DNA from: Bugula neritina
Lineage: Eukaryota; Animalia; Bryozoa
Assembly (NCBI GenBank): GCA_964035545.1
Contig: CAXIUT010000177.1
Location: 1 to 52,832 of the forward strand
DNA: 52,832 nt
Reading direction: 5' to 3'
Below the pieces are notes generated by a model. It did not search any database. It saw only the letters and a program-made list of their open reading frames with translations, and was not told the origin of the DNA. A program made the translations under genes and the position numbers. Of this stretch, positions 39,043 through 52,654 are shown one piece after another (position 1 is the first letter of the stretch; each line of letters begins with the position of its first letter).

Positions 39043-42000
39043 TCAATTTCTCTAATTTATTATTTAATTAATTTTTTATTATTTTGCTTTTATGTTTTTA
39101 CTATTTTGGAAATACTTTGATCTTTAAAACAATGTTAGATAAAATTATTTTTATAAACATGAACAACCTGATAATTGTGATAAAAGTTACTAAAGAAAGC
39201 ATGCCTTTAGAGAACTATCATCAAGATAAGTTAAAATTGATTCTTCAAATGATACGAAACGCTTAAGAATAGGTAGTGAACAAGCATAAATCATACATAT
39301 CCTAACATATAATAATACTATGTTGTCAATTAACTTCTTATAAGGTCTAATAATGAAAATTAAAGCTAAGTTTAAAATAAAAACTAAAGTTACTAAGTAA
39401 TTGATAATACTATATTCATATAGTGACTCCTAAATTGATTAGCAATATAATTATAGTAATCTGGTTAGAAATATAGGAATATAGACAGGTTTGGCATTTG
39501 TATTATTTTTGTATGAGTTTAATATGAATTGTTTTTTACATAAATATGATAAAATTTATGAAGAAAGAACTATTGCCATCACAATGTAAACAATAATCAG
39601 AGATATTGAATTTATAGTTGCTGAAAAAGTTGAGTTATTGTCTTCAAGATGATATTATTAAAATAAATTGAAACTGATAGAACTAGAAAGAATCCTAAAG
39701 TAACAGGGAATATCAAATACGAATATATTAATCTTGCTGTCTTTATTTTTTTAGTTTGTTATTTATCAATATTATTAATCTTTTATTATCGACTAGAAAT
39801 ATGGCAGAATTGCTAGCACGACCAAAACAATCAAAAACATAAAAATTATTGAAGCTAGTATTATATTGCTTTATATAAAAGAATGAGTTATTTCTACTCT
39901 CTCAGTAAAAGGAGATAAACGTTACTTATCTTCAGAGTTGTAGAATAGTGACCAATATCCTGTAACTAATCTTAAATTTTTTACCAAACCATATAATTAT
40001 GAACTTTTTAATAGAAACAATTTGATAGATAAACCACTTGATAGCAGACTAGCATCTAACTCCCATCATTTTATCTCCTAAACTGAGAATAAATATTCCT
40101 AGAGTAATATAAGATAAAATTTAGAAAATAACTTAACTGAAGATAATTCCTCATAGTATTCTGAAATTACTAAAGGCATGTTTTAACCTATAGTAGTAAA
40201 AAAGATTAAAGAAGCATTAGGACTACGAATGATACTATGGTTGAATGAAAGAGAGAGGGTACAGTCATAGTCTTCCATATTTGTTGTATATTTAGTAGTA
40301 ATTGCTAAGATTCCTCCGGAATATGCTAAATTGATGATTTAATATGTTGAAAAGCATGTGAAGTGACATAGTGTGAAAGGTTCATTCGACTGATGTTTAA
40401 CAAAGATGGTTTGATTGTGAATTAAAAGATGCCTTGATTATTCAGATCAACCTTTGAATCGAATTTAAGGTTATTTCCAAGGGATTCCTTGATATATACA
40501 GGCAGAAGGCTAGGTGCTGCTGCCATTTTGGCAAATATAATATTTTTAGACTAGACACTCAGAAGAACATCCATCTCCATTATTCTTATTACCATCATCA
40601 CAGTAACTAGGAGATATTTACATAAGAAACCCATCTCCACAGCTATCTATACATGTCGACTCTGACAGTTCATATTTAGATAAGCAAGAGCAAGATCCAC
40701 TTTAAGGAATGCTATTGAAATTGAGGGAAACATTGCAGAAGAGGCAAGTAGTGGATCCATCAGAATTAACATAGGGTGTTATACATCCTTAAGAATCAAT
40801 GCAGACACCATTGATTAGTTAGCCAACTAAACATTAGCAATTTCCATCTACTGGTATCTATGAAAACTCTGATGAATTACAATAAGTACACGATTGACTT
40901 CCATCGATATGATAGATACCAGAAATACATCCAGGATGGTAATGCACATTTCATTAATGATATCACCTCCAATACATTAACAAGTTTGCCCATTATCTTG
41001 AGATTAAAGTCCGACTGAACACTCAGTGCATTGATTACTATTGCATGTTAAACAGTTTGGATATAATACTGAACACAGAAGACACTGGTTAGAGTTGGAG
41101 TCGTAAACGAAAGTTGTGTTGATACAACTGAGACAGAAAGAGCTGTTAGTGCATGAAAGGCAGTTCGGTATGATTGATTAACATGCTTAACATATAGAAC
41201 TTGAACTTAAGATGAAAGGAGATATACATGACGTACAAAATGTATAAATAGGAACATTGGTTGTAAGATCACACTAGTTACAGTTAGAAATCAAAGATGA
41301 ACACTAACGGCATATATTATCTAAGCCGAGGATATAACTATTATTATCACATGCCAAACAAGATGATGAACTTGAGCATATCAGGCAAAAATTGAAGAGA
41401 TATTGAACAGGAAAAGCATAATTGTGTGTTTGATAGCTGCATGAGATAGTAGCTATTATTTGCACATTCAGTGCAAAAGTTGTATTTAGACAATTAACAC
41501 AATTGTTGAGAGTATCTGAACAACTTTAGCAGGTACCGCTACTGCTGAGGGTAATGTTAGCAGTACAGAGAGTACATGATGTATCGTTACATTCTTGACA
41601 ATTAGGAAAGATGTCTGAACATAGGATACACTGTCCTAGGTTGGTATCTTCGTATCCTGTGATACATTATGTACAATTGTTTTAACTAGCACAGTCTTAG
41701 CAGAAAAGAATATGACTTGAGCAAGGCTAGCAAGATCCATTGATAGGCGTGAATGTGTAGTTACACTATGTACAAAATGTGGTGCTATTGCAAGTCAAAC
41801 AATTAGTGATAACATTTGAGCAGAGTTAACAAAAAGTGATGTTGAGAAGGACATAACTATCATTTATACAAATGGAACAGGTGCTTCTGTTATTGCATAA
41901 GAGACAGTTATCAATAAAACTTGAACAAAGTTCACAAAAATCAACGCTATTCAAGGCATAGGCGTACTAACACATGAAGTGCAATAGGTAGCATTTAAAC

Positions 42001-43191
42001 AGTCCCAAACAGGTAGACGTTACATTTTGACAGGCCTAGCAGGTAGTATTATCACTAGATATGAGATAACTTGTATTGCACTAAAGACAAATTGAAGCAT
42101 TTAAGTAGGTCAGACATTGTGAGATACCTGAGTAGGGTTCACATGATTCTGTAGCTAAATTGTACTCTAGACCTTGAGGGCAAACAGTAAAACAGATTAT
42201 TTTCCATTAGGCAAAGAAATATTCCATATTTCCTGCGCCATCATTTTGGACTACATTGGCTACATCTGAGAAAGGATTAGAAGTGGCAAGGAACATAACA
42301 CTTCGATGATAATCATTGGTTGTATTTCTCCAAAGTAGAAATTATTTAATCCAATCACACAATTACCATCAAAACCTCCAAATGTTGAACTTTCATATAA
42401 ATCCGGAATACTCATGTTAGCTGGTGATGTAAGGAGATTATTTGTTTGACTGATAAAATGACTTGAATAATAAGAAAGGCTATTAATGGCAATTCCTGGA
42501 GTTCTAATGAGCAAAATGCAGAAAGAAATTGAATAGAATTATGAGTCAACAGCTGTTGAGGTGAGGAGATCGATTGTATTTGAAGTTCCTATGCTTACTA
42601 AAGATAGCATTGCTCCGACATAGATATTATTCGTGGGATTAAATGACTATGTATTGTAGAAAGTAATGAAAGGATGTGCTTAATAGTCTATAGGATTGCC
42701 TATAACTGATAGACCACTGATTGTAAAAGTTTATGTGTCTGCACTACGAGGTCTAGAATTAATGGTTGAACAGTTATAGCCTATATATCAAATTGATTAC
42801 TTGAGTTGAATAACCAGATGTAATCAGACGTTGAATTGACAAACAAAAACGTAGACTGATAGCTAATAGAAACTAGCAATAATATTTTAGACAGAGACTG
42901 TGACTTAACTATCAGAAGAATATGGTTATAGATAAAGTTGAAAGTTAAGGACGTTCATGATAGAGACTGACATACCTGATAAGGCTATGTGTCGGTCATA
43001 GGAGGTATCGTATTGGGCTGGTAAATTGAAGGGAATAGGAAATATCTGTTTGATTTATTTTACATTTGTTTCGCCTCTCCAAAGGATAAACTGGTCTACA
43101 TGGTTGAATATTTACGAGCAGCGAAGTCAAGACTCTTGATATCTTTTATCAGTAGTATAAGTATTAGTAGTGAAAACAAGCATATTTTCAT
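39043..43191 (-). CDS. Signal-peptide, Cys-rich (CxxC furin-like repeats, DUF4215-like) multi-pass membrane protein
   Basis: MKICLFSLLILILLI signal; many CxxC...CxxC repeats at 40700-42200; TCGDG...CDDGNKNNGDGCSSEC; hydrophobic segments at 39100-40130; the 3' end may extend to ~38820. Confidence 0.8.
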
Positions 43192-43348
43192 TTCTGAGTT
43201 GTTAATGATTATTGATAAATAATCTAATTATTAAAATTAATTTAGAGGTTTCTCTTAATAAATGAACACTTAATTGTTAAAATATTCATTTTGTATTCAA
43301 TATATATTTTTATTTTATTTTTATTTAGTTTAATAAATATCTATATTA

Positions 43349-43996
43349 TCATAGATAAGGATTATCTTGCCACCGAATCTATGAGTTAATATGGGCAATC
43401 GATTTGATCGGTCTTGTATTTATCGAGAAATCAGAATATTCCTTTCCATAGAGTCCATAAGGACCAGCAAAATTGATTAAAGTAAATCCTGATAACTGAC
43501 TCATAGACACTATCTATGTCAATATAGCTGCTTTGTTTCCATCAAATCCATTATCAACCACATTTAAGGTGATATTTCTAAGACTAGGACTTTTCAGAAG
43601 TCGTCCTAACTTACTGTATGTAGCAGCAGGAATATCAAAAGTGGGATAAGTACATTTTTTCCACCATTAACAGCAAAAAAAGAAGAGAGGGAAAAGGACA
43701 ATACTTCCCCAAAAGATAGTACAACAGTAGCTTGTTCTATTAAATCCTCTGATTTCGACTCCATTGATGGTTATGTTAGCATCTATGATACTGTTGACTT
43801 ATTAATCGGACATGGCATCGATCCTACTTTGGAAGGAAAGAGAATTTCCTGAGAAGCGGAAAAATCTAGGATTAACGTCAACATAGTTTGGACCTGGAAC
43901 TGTGCCGATCATTTGAACTCCTAGCATGTTTTTCTTCATAAGCATATCCACGACCGTACATATTTTTGGATAATTAATTCTATGGTAACTATTCAT
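43349..43996 (-). CDS. Hypothetical protein with Cys-flanked hydrophobic (BRI3/CYSTM-like) segment
   Basis: Frame from ATG 43996 to TGA 43349 containing YCCTIFWGSIVLFPLFFCC. Confidence 0.6.
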
Positions 43997-44006
43997 TTAT
44001 TTATTT

Positions 44007-44222
44007 ATGTTTAGATTAAAATATGGCGATCCAAGAGATAAATATAAGTGTTATGGTGATCAGACTGGCAGAAGAGTTATTTAATTCAGACTTATTAAAG
44101 AAGAAAATAAATATTTTGTGTTAAAAGAAGTGATGATAAGCTAGTACATATTAGCAAGACTGCTTCTTTATAATTTTTATCCGTAAAAATATATAAAAAC
44201 TTTTTATTAACATTTGCATTGA
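44007..44222 (+). CDS. Possible small hypothetical protein
   Basis: MFRLKYGDPRDKYKC...EHLH-TGA; no recognisable motif. Confidence 0.25.
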
Positions 44223-44643
44223 AATTTATACAAAGAGAAATCAATTTTATGTTAACAGGTTTATGAATATTAGTAAAAAAAATGATTTTAATAAGATTCG
44301 AGAGATATATTCTATGATTTTTAAATATAATTAATAATAAAAAAACAGTGGGAACTTAAGTTAAAAATATAAACTTTGAAAAGAATTATTTATATAAGTT
44401 ATTTTTACTAAAATAAGTTATCTCATGATTTATTATTTATTTTATTTGATAAGTTAATAAACTAAAGTAATAACTGTTTGAGTTTTTTTGATATTTCTAT
44501 AATTTAAACATTCTCATCATTTAAAAATGATAATTTATCACTAAATATACAATTTTCGACAGTGTTCACTTGAATTATCACAAATAAGGTGAATATTCTT
44601 TTGTATATGTTTGATTATAATTTAAAAAATAGAATATATAACG

Positions 44644-46881
44644 ATGAAATTATCTAAAAAAAGCTCTTTTCCATCTGATAAAACATCAAAAAAGATCAGA
44701 AATATACCTACAATCTGTTAAAACTGATTCTAAAGACAACAAAAAGTCCTAAGAATTAAATGATATTTTATACCGTATAAAATAGCTTAGAAAAAATAGA
44801 TTCAAACGTAAAATTTTCTCATTCAACACTTCTTCTGATTAGACATTATAAGATGGAGGTATTGTTAAAGAGCAATGGTAAAACAAAAAGTTTGTTCAAG
44901 AAAATTAAGACTTATAAATTATCACATTTAAAGGTACTTTTTAAATTTTAGCCTATTTTGTTGTCATGATTAGCTTTGCTTTTACGATATGGCTTGCTAA
45001 TATAGAATTTTTCTTTGGAAACAATCGAGAATTCTTTATCTCAAGCTTAGTTTATATTCTTCCTCTCGCTATGCTGATCATTGACTAAATAGCTAATGGA
45101 AATTTAGAAACAGTTCTGAGTCAATGTTATTTGAAAAGAACTCTTAAAGTTATTGTGAAACCAGGCCTCTGTTTTATAACTTGAGCTTAAAAATAGCCTC
45201 TGTTAGGATAGCCTAGTAGCCTTATTGGCTTATTTTATAACTGCCATGCCTTTTTATTCTATATTCAAGAGCAAGTCAGCTATATGCTTCTTTTAGAGTG
45301 ATGAGTTTATCAAAAAAATATGAATATTCATTTCAAAGCCTTCGACTTAATATTTAGTCTGATAATGATGGCTCATATAGTAGTAAAAAATTTAATAATA
45401 TAGGCCATTATTCTCTTTTAAGTTACTCATAGTGGAGAAGATAAGACCTGGTTAAATAGTCTAAATCTTCAAGTTGTGAATCCTTTAATTTATTACATTT
45501 ATTCTTTTACTTTGGATGCACGACTATCCTTACTGTAGGCTATGGAGATATAGCTCCTCAAAATCACATAGAAATAATTGTTATTTGCTTTATTGAAATA
45601 TTTGGTATTAAATATTTTATTTAGGAATAGCGATTTTTGCTTATCTTATTAACTAAATCGGTTATAACCTTTCTAACTTACGTAAAGATAAATAAATTAT
45701 TGAAAAAGATCTATCTATCCTTTAGAAATGTCGATAATACTATAAAATAAACCCTGATCTTATAATCAAGGCTCGTTCTAACCTTTTGAATAACAAAGAA
45801 GCTGTAAATAGATTAAAACCTGAAGAGTAAAACATGCTTATTATGAAACTTAGTTAGCCCTTAAGACAATGTAAAATATTATTAACTTAGAAAATTTCTA
45901 CTGTAAATTCACTATCAATTATAAAATCCTCAATATTTTTCCTTTGCAGATGGAGCAAATATTTTCAAAGAACTTTGGCTCAATCACTTATTTCTGCTCT
46001 TTATACTCCTGGTGAACAACTTCTTCAACCTATAGGTAAAGAACGTATTTATATAATACGTTGGGAAAAGTTGACTTCTATCGAAACAAAAGGGAAATAA
46101 ACAAGAAGCTCAAAAAGTTATTAAAACTTTAAAAATTGACTTGGATGCTTGTGTTACCAATAATTCTTTTGGATATACAGCAGTTATTGGCCGCAAACCT
46201 ACTGACCTATAAGTAATTTCAAGAGATTTTACCTCAGCATTTTTCGTTGACAAATAAAAGTTTTTAATTGTGTTAAATAAGGTGTGTCTGATTAAGAATA
46301 TTATCATGAAATAAAAGATAAAATAGAACAAAGTTAGTTTCCTTAAGCATTATAAATACCTTCATTGAAGAATAAGAGATATCACTATGATCCAAATAGA
46401 TATAGAATTGTGAAAAATATATCTAGAAAAAGCAAAAATTCTAAGAACGAGAGGATTTTTATCTGGAGAGATAGTTATCGTGAAAATAAGAAAAAATTAT
46501 TGAAATAACTTAGTGTAAGCAATGTTATCAAGGTGTTAGACGATCTTTTATCACTTCAATAGATTAGATAGTACTGAGAGAGGATAAATAGAAACAGACT
46601 GATGAGATTAATATTAGTGATTGTAGTGATGAGAATTCTGATTCTATTGCTAAAAAGTTAACAATATTCAAGATGAAATCTTCTAAAATAGCTACAATGA
46701 AGTATTTCCTTTTGAAAGAAAAAGAGTTTTATGAGCTGTCAAAAAAATATACTAACTATTATCCTAATAGTAATTTTGAAAAAGTATAAGATGTGATATA
46801 TAGATTCTTAAAAAATATGACCATGTTAATCCAATTAACCCTAGCAAAGTTGAATTTGTAGCCAATCGAAAAAAATCTTGA
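44644..46881 (+). CDS. Cyclic-nucleotide-binding-domain cation (K+) channel, EAG/HCN-like; introns at ~44934-44951, 45605-45624 and 45871-45890
   Basis: Pore YWMxTTILTVGYGDIAPQN-type signature (TVGYGDI); S6 FGIAIFAYLINEIG; C-linker and cNMP-like region (YIIxxGKV, NNSFG). Confidence 0.9.
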
Positions 46882-47639
46882 TTTTTAGATATTAGTTATT
46901 CATGTTTTTGTATTTTTTTATGAAATAAAAATTCATAAAAGAATATTTTTATTGAAATAAGTTGATTTATTTATCAATTTATTTGTAGTATTTTAAGAAT
47001 TTAATGATTATTCAAAAATTAAAAATACTATTTTTATGTTTGGCTTGACTCAAATTTTTCACACCTTTCATTAATTCTATGATTATTGCAACTTCGATTT
47101 TATCAAGAATGTTTCTTAAGTTGGAATTATGCAAAAAAGATTACTATAAGTAAATTTTTATGTCAATGATTGGAGTTTTATAAAATATTAAATTTAACTT
47201 AAAGAATCTTTAGAAGGAATTTTAATAACTCGATGGTTCTAAATGTCTTATTAGATATCATATATTTTGGAATATATTTATCAGGGACAAAACTTTATTT
47301 TTCAGAACTGGCACAAATTATCCAAAAATATCTTTATGTATCAATTTATTTGTTAGTAACTTCAAAAAAATCAAAAGTAATCTCTAAGAAAATTATTGAT
47401 TCTTAACAAATAAATATAAGTAAAAAATATTTAAATATCATAAGTAATAGTTTTAAATATTTATCTAATTTAATATATTTTTATCATAACCATTAATTTT
47501 TTATTGAAAATAAAGAATCTTGAAGATTTTAACCTTTTGACTTCTGACCATACAAAACGAAATTCTTTTTTATTTCATTGTAAAATTTATTAATTGTTAA
47601 GGCGGATGCAGTAAATATTTCAATAAGTGTTAAATCAAT

Positions 47640-48931
47640 ATGGGAGCATTTAGAAATACTAAAGGTTTATCAAAATTTGCGAGAAACAATATGACATTAA
47701 ACTTTATAGACTAAAAGGTGTCACCAAAAAGTATGTCCTCAAGGTTTTGCTTTAGTTGACATAGAAGTAAATCATTACTAAGATAGATATTCAAAGGGTG
47801 AAATAAACGAGGAACGTCGAGGATGGAATGAACATGAAAGACGACTGTATGTTTGGTTTATTCTATGCTACATGAATATGAAACTCTTGACTCCTTAAAA
47901 AATTATGAGTGGATAAAAGTATGAATCAGAATGGTTAAAAATAAGCTAATTATTCTGGAATAAAGACGTGGCTTTCTTAAAATATCAGCTACTTTGCATT
48001 AGAAAAAATCATGGGCGAACTCGATGGAGAGAAAAGAAGATGATCTTCTGAAAGAGGCATATCCGTATTAAATCTCTTATTAAGATTATTCTAAAAAAAG
48101 TTAGTGGAATTAAATAGCTAAATAAATGTATTTTAATGGAAAAGGAAAATATTTCAAAACTCCTAAGCAGTGTCGATAACGCTGGCAAAATCATTTGAAT
48201 AGTTAAATTCGAAGAGATAAATGGAGTTTAGAATAGGATAAAATTTTATTTAACTATGCTAAGCAGAAAGGATTACATTGGGCCAAGATAGTTCCTCTTC
48301 TGAATGATAAAAGAACTGAACACATGATAAAGAATAGATATAAAGGGATAATTAATAAAATTATGCAGGATAACTAGGTTAGCTAAAACAAGGCTATTAA
48401 TATGAAGCTAAAGGAGTTAGAGAAAGATATAATAGAAGATGAAGATGATAGTCAGAGAGATTAGAAATGGAATTTTACATGTTTAGTCAGAATAATTGAT
48501 CGAAGAAAAGGAAGAACCATATGAACTTCCTAAGAAAGAAGTTAATAAGACTTAAACGAAAAATTATTTATTGATAAAGAATACATAAGGAAGGTAGTAG
48601 AAAAATAGCAACTAAAATAACATGTTAAAGCAAGTTTCTTCTTAATAGTGTGTAATATAAGGAGAATTTTTACTGAATCAAAAAAATATTTATTCTGAGA
48701 TGTTTTCAAGATCTAATAGAGATTCATCGTACTCTTATTTCAAAAGAGTGGAGACTTTATCTATGCTAGTGTATTTGGTCGTTCAATGATGAAGATAAAA
48801 GTGGTTTGGTTTTCGATCAAATGTCTTCTCGACGGGTTAATTAAAATTTTGAGCCTAGAATAATAAAAGAAACTGATTCTAAATCAAGTTTTAAAAATAG
48901 TTCTACTTCTGTATCTAAGTATATGAAATGA
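47640..48931 (+). CDS. Myb-domain transcription factor
   Basis: KTPKQCRERWQNHLNSEIRRDKWSLEEDKILF...WAKIV...RTEHMIKNRY; start approximate. Confidence 0.88.
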
Positions 48932-49161
48932 TGCTATTCTAACTTGATTATATTGATTTTGATCTTTAAATAAAATATATCAACTAATAAATTATACCTC
49001 AAGATATATAATGATATTATTTGGGATGTTATTGTCTTTATTGTTGACTAAATTATGGTTTGAGATGTTTTTGTTACTTTCTGATCGATTGCTAAAGTAG
49101 TTGATTAGAACCTGCATGTTTTTAATAATATTATTATTCTGTGAGCGTTTTAAAATCAGAA

Positions 49162-51911
49162 TGTCGAAATCTGTTAACCATCTTCAAAAATATACAATTC
49201 TCAAAGATATTGTAGACAAATATCCACTTAAATGTAAACTCTTTTTTCAGTTGCTTTTATCCCATCTACCTTAGGGTCACCAGATCCAAACTCCCAAAGA
49301 TTTTAAAACTGCTTATAGTTCTTTTACTAAAACATTTAATAAACTTACCCATGAAGAGCAGCTATTTATCATTGGATGTCTAACTGATCAACTCACAGCT
49401 AAAATTCAACATCAGAAGAATATAGATTAAGATATGGTTCAACAAATATAAACAAGTTGTGAAGTTAAAAATTCTATGGTAGGGTTAAGTTATTGGTAAA
49501 AAAGAACTTTTAAGTATGATTATTCTCTTTCAAAAATATTTTTAATATCATCTAAAAAAGAAGATAGTCTCGATCTTAACTTATATCTAGTCAGGCAGTC
49601 TACTTCATAAAAATAAGCCTTAGTTCTTGAAGCAATAACCAAAAAAGCAAACTAAAAAATGGAAAAAGTGTCAGTAAAATTTAAAAATTCTTCCATTTTC
49701 CAAGCAGTCTTTCATACTATCAGAAGAAACATCAACAAATTGATTTTTAGAAAGATAGAGGATCTTTTAAGTGAGGATATAAAGAATTAGCCTTCATTGA
49801 GATAAAAAAAACAAAATTTTACAATTTGACAACCAAAAATATGACTGAATACTTTAATACTAAAGATAAAAAAATTGATAAGATGAATAAATTAAGAAAT
49901 AAAGCTATTCTAATATATCATAAAAATAATATCAACATATTTAGAAGTTCAGATAATAAGCGTTATTACTACCTCTAGCAATCCATATCTAGCCTCATTT
50001 AGTGAGCAATAGGTGAGAAAGAATATAGCTTTATTTAATCCTCATCCTACTTAGAATCATCTTTTATGTGAAATTCTTGAAGTATTTACATAGACAATAA
50101 CAGCTAACTACTATAAAATAGATGTTGGGTCTAAATAATACTAATTTCTAACTATTACTTAAAAAAACAATAAAGATGGAGTTTAGCAACTGACAATGAG
50201 TGCGGCTACTCACTTCTGTCTTGATCTTGCTATTTAATTTTTAGTGGCTACACTTAAACGTATCAATAATCATTATGTCTTTCAATTGAACATAATATTG
50301 AATGAACATTCTAAAAAAGGATCAAAAGTAAAAAATAATGTCCTTGATTTGCTTTAAATTTAGGTAGTTCTTCTGATTTATCTAATAGAAGACCTTCAAT
50401 GATAATTAGTTCAAAAAAATATCAACTGTAGTGTCCTAGAAATATAAAATTATAATAGTGAAGTTCAACATCAAGTTAATAAGTCATTTTAATTCCATGC
50501 TTAAAATGAATTTGAATAAACAGGGACCATTAGTTCAGGTAAAAAGAATACATCTCAAGATTCTAATGAATAATAAATAGAAGAAGAATAAGAATAACAT
50601 TTTTATACTATAATTGAATAAGATTAAGATGGAGATAAAAGTCTTTAAGTATTTGAATCACTTGACAAAAGATTAAGTTTTAAAACATTCAAATAAATAA
50701 GATCCTACTGAATCTACTTAAAATCAAGATTATCTTAAAATAAAAAGTTTTAATAATCCACTTGGAGTTAAATAATCAAAAATATTAAAAAAACATTTTT
50801 TATTTGGATAATGGCGTAGAAGTTCTAAAGGAGGAGTTGTTTGTGCCAATGAATAAGTTATCAAGGAACAAAAGAAAATATTGAAATTAGTTTTTACTAG
50901 AATTGGAAGTAATATTTTTAAAGGTAATAGTATTATGAACATTTCATTACCAATCCAACTTTTTAGTACCGAGTATATTTCATTTTATATAGATCATCTT
51001 TAGTTAGTATTGGAAGAGACCTTACCTATGCACCTTTGCTTGTATAGCCTTCTGTGTCATATAAACCTCTTTAAAGAATGAAAAACATGATAATATTCGA
51101 ATATCAGTATCAACTTTAGCTTTGAGCACCAAGAAGCCATTCAATCCTATTTTGGGAGAAACTTATCAAGGATAGATAGCAGGTTGTCCTCTCTTTCTTG
51201 AGCAGATAAGTCATCATCCGCCTATCACATCGATATATTTTGTAGGAAGGGGATATAAGATATATGGGATGATGTGTGTTGAGGTTAATTTGCGTTTGAA
51301 CTATGCTAAAGGAATCAATAACTGTTTACTGACTGTGGAGTATGATAGTGGTTAAAAAATTGAATTTTAGGTGCCTGTGATGATAATAAATGGTTTAATA
51401 TTGGGATAAAGAAGTATATACTATGAAGGCACAGGTACAAATATAATTATTTAGTTTATATTACTGACAAAAAATAATCTTTTGATAACTTAAGTTACAT
51501 TTAATGCGTCTAAGAAGGGATTGTTTGGTATTCAGACAGAATCTTCTGATTATATGAGTGGATAAATATATCAAGTTACACCAACTTTTATGTAAAGGTT
51601 TATTACCTCAAAGAGGAAACTATCTCCTAAAAAAGATTAAGGAAGTAAAGTTTTATCAAAGATACATGGATAATGGAATGGTAAAATATTTATTGATAAT
51701 AAGGAATTCTTTGATTTTTAGAAAACTTTACCAGTTGAACTTTAAAACTTTTCTTACCCTCTTCCTTCAGATTCAATGTATAGAAGTGATGTTGTGGAGT
51801 TAAAGAAAGGTGACATAAATTCTGCACAGAAGATGAAAAGATAGATTGGAAGAATTACAAAGAAAAGATAGGAAAATGAGGTTGTCTTCAAAGACTAAAA
51901 CTCAGAAATGA
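49162..51911 (+). CDS. Oxysterol-binding protein-related protein (ORP), introns at 50973-50992 and 51435-51454
   Basis: NISLPIQLF, KPFNPILGETYQ, EQISHHPPI signature, LPSDS.YRSD, LEELQRKDRK; the long N-terminus is unassigned and the start is approximate. Confidence 0.88.
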
Positions 51912-51945
51912 GATATTTTTTGATAATTTAACATATTTGATTTTT

Positions 51946-51995
51946 ACTACTTTACTAAACTAGCCATCACTACTTTACTAAACTAGCCTTCACTA
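51946..51995 (+). repeat. 23-bp tandem duplication in an intergenic spacer
   Basis: actactttactaaactagccatc followed by actactttactaaactagccttc and then acta. Confidence 0.85.
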
Positions 51996-52032
51996 AATTT
52001 ACATAAATTATCTTTCATAGTAGTATTAATAT

Positions 52033-52654
52033 ATGAAGAAAGACAACTTTGCAAGACTCAAAACTTTTTCTTCTCATCTCAAAAAGGCTCAGTTATCATC
52101 TATTTAGCTGAATAAAGAAAAAAAAGAACTAGTAGGTCTCAAAAGACAAGGTTCAAGGAGTCAAATATATCAAAAAATCAACGAGTTAAGAGTATTAGTG
52201 ATTCAGAATCATCTTAATCTATTTGTCTTGACAAGAACTTTTATCATTGTGGGTGTATGAAGCGAAAATAGAGAAAATGTGGACATAAATATCAAAACTA
52301 TTTAGCTGATCTTCGCTAGGAAAGATTGAAAAAAAAGTAGAAAATGAATTAATTTTTAATCTAAAAGAATGAGAAAGATCAGGAGTTGGTTCTTTCTGAT
52401 GATGACAAGATATTATAATAGAGTTTGCCTCAAACTCATCTCCGATAACTCGACTTCAAAATATAGCAGAGACCAATGAATCAGCTGAATGTTCAACTAA
52501 AAAGTTCTAGTCATCAATTATCATTAATTTCGGAGGCTAGCAGTATTTGAAGATTCTAAAAACAAGATAAGAGGTATTGGATTGTATTCTATCAATATAG
52601 GAAATCATATAATGAACATGATATTATTGTTGTTTATCAAATATAACATGATTA
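52033..52654 (+). CDS. Hypothetical protein, 3'-truncated by a telomere
   Basis: MKKDNFARLK...; the final frame YQIEHDE runs into G4T2 without TGA. Confidence 0.5.

Noticed and set aside
39132-40366. Plus-strand ORF ending at TGA 40364-40366
   Set aside because: The minus strand continues the Cys-rich protein into hydrophobic TM segments; the plus frame is a likely antisense shadow, which is common when only TGA is a stop
362-51803. The short standard-code ORFs as a gene set, or the region as a field of pseudogenes
   Set aside because: In-frame TAA/TAG are Glu codons; most listed ORFs are antisense or off-frame shadows, or fragments of longer genes
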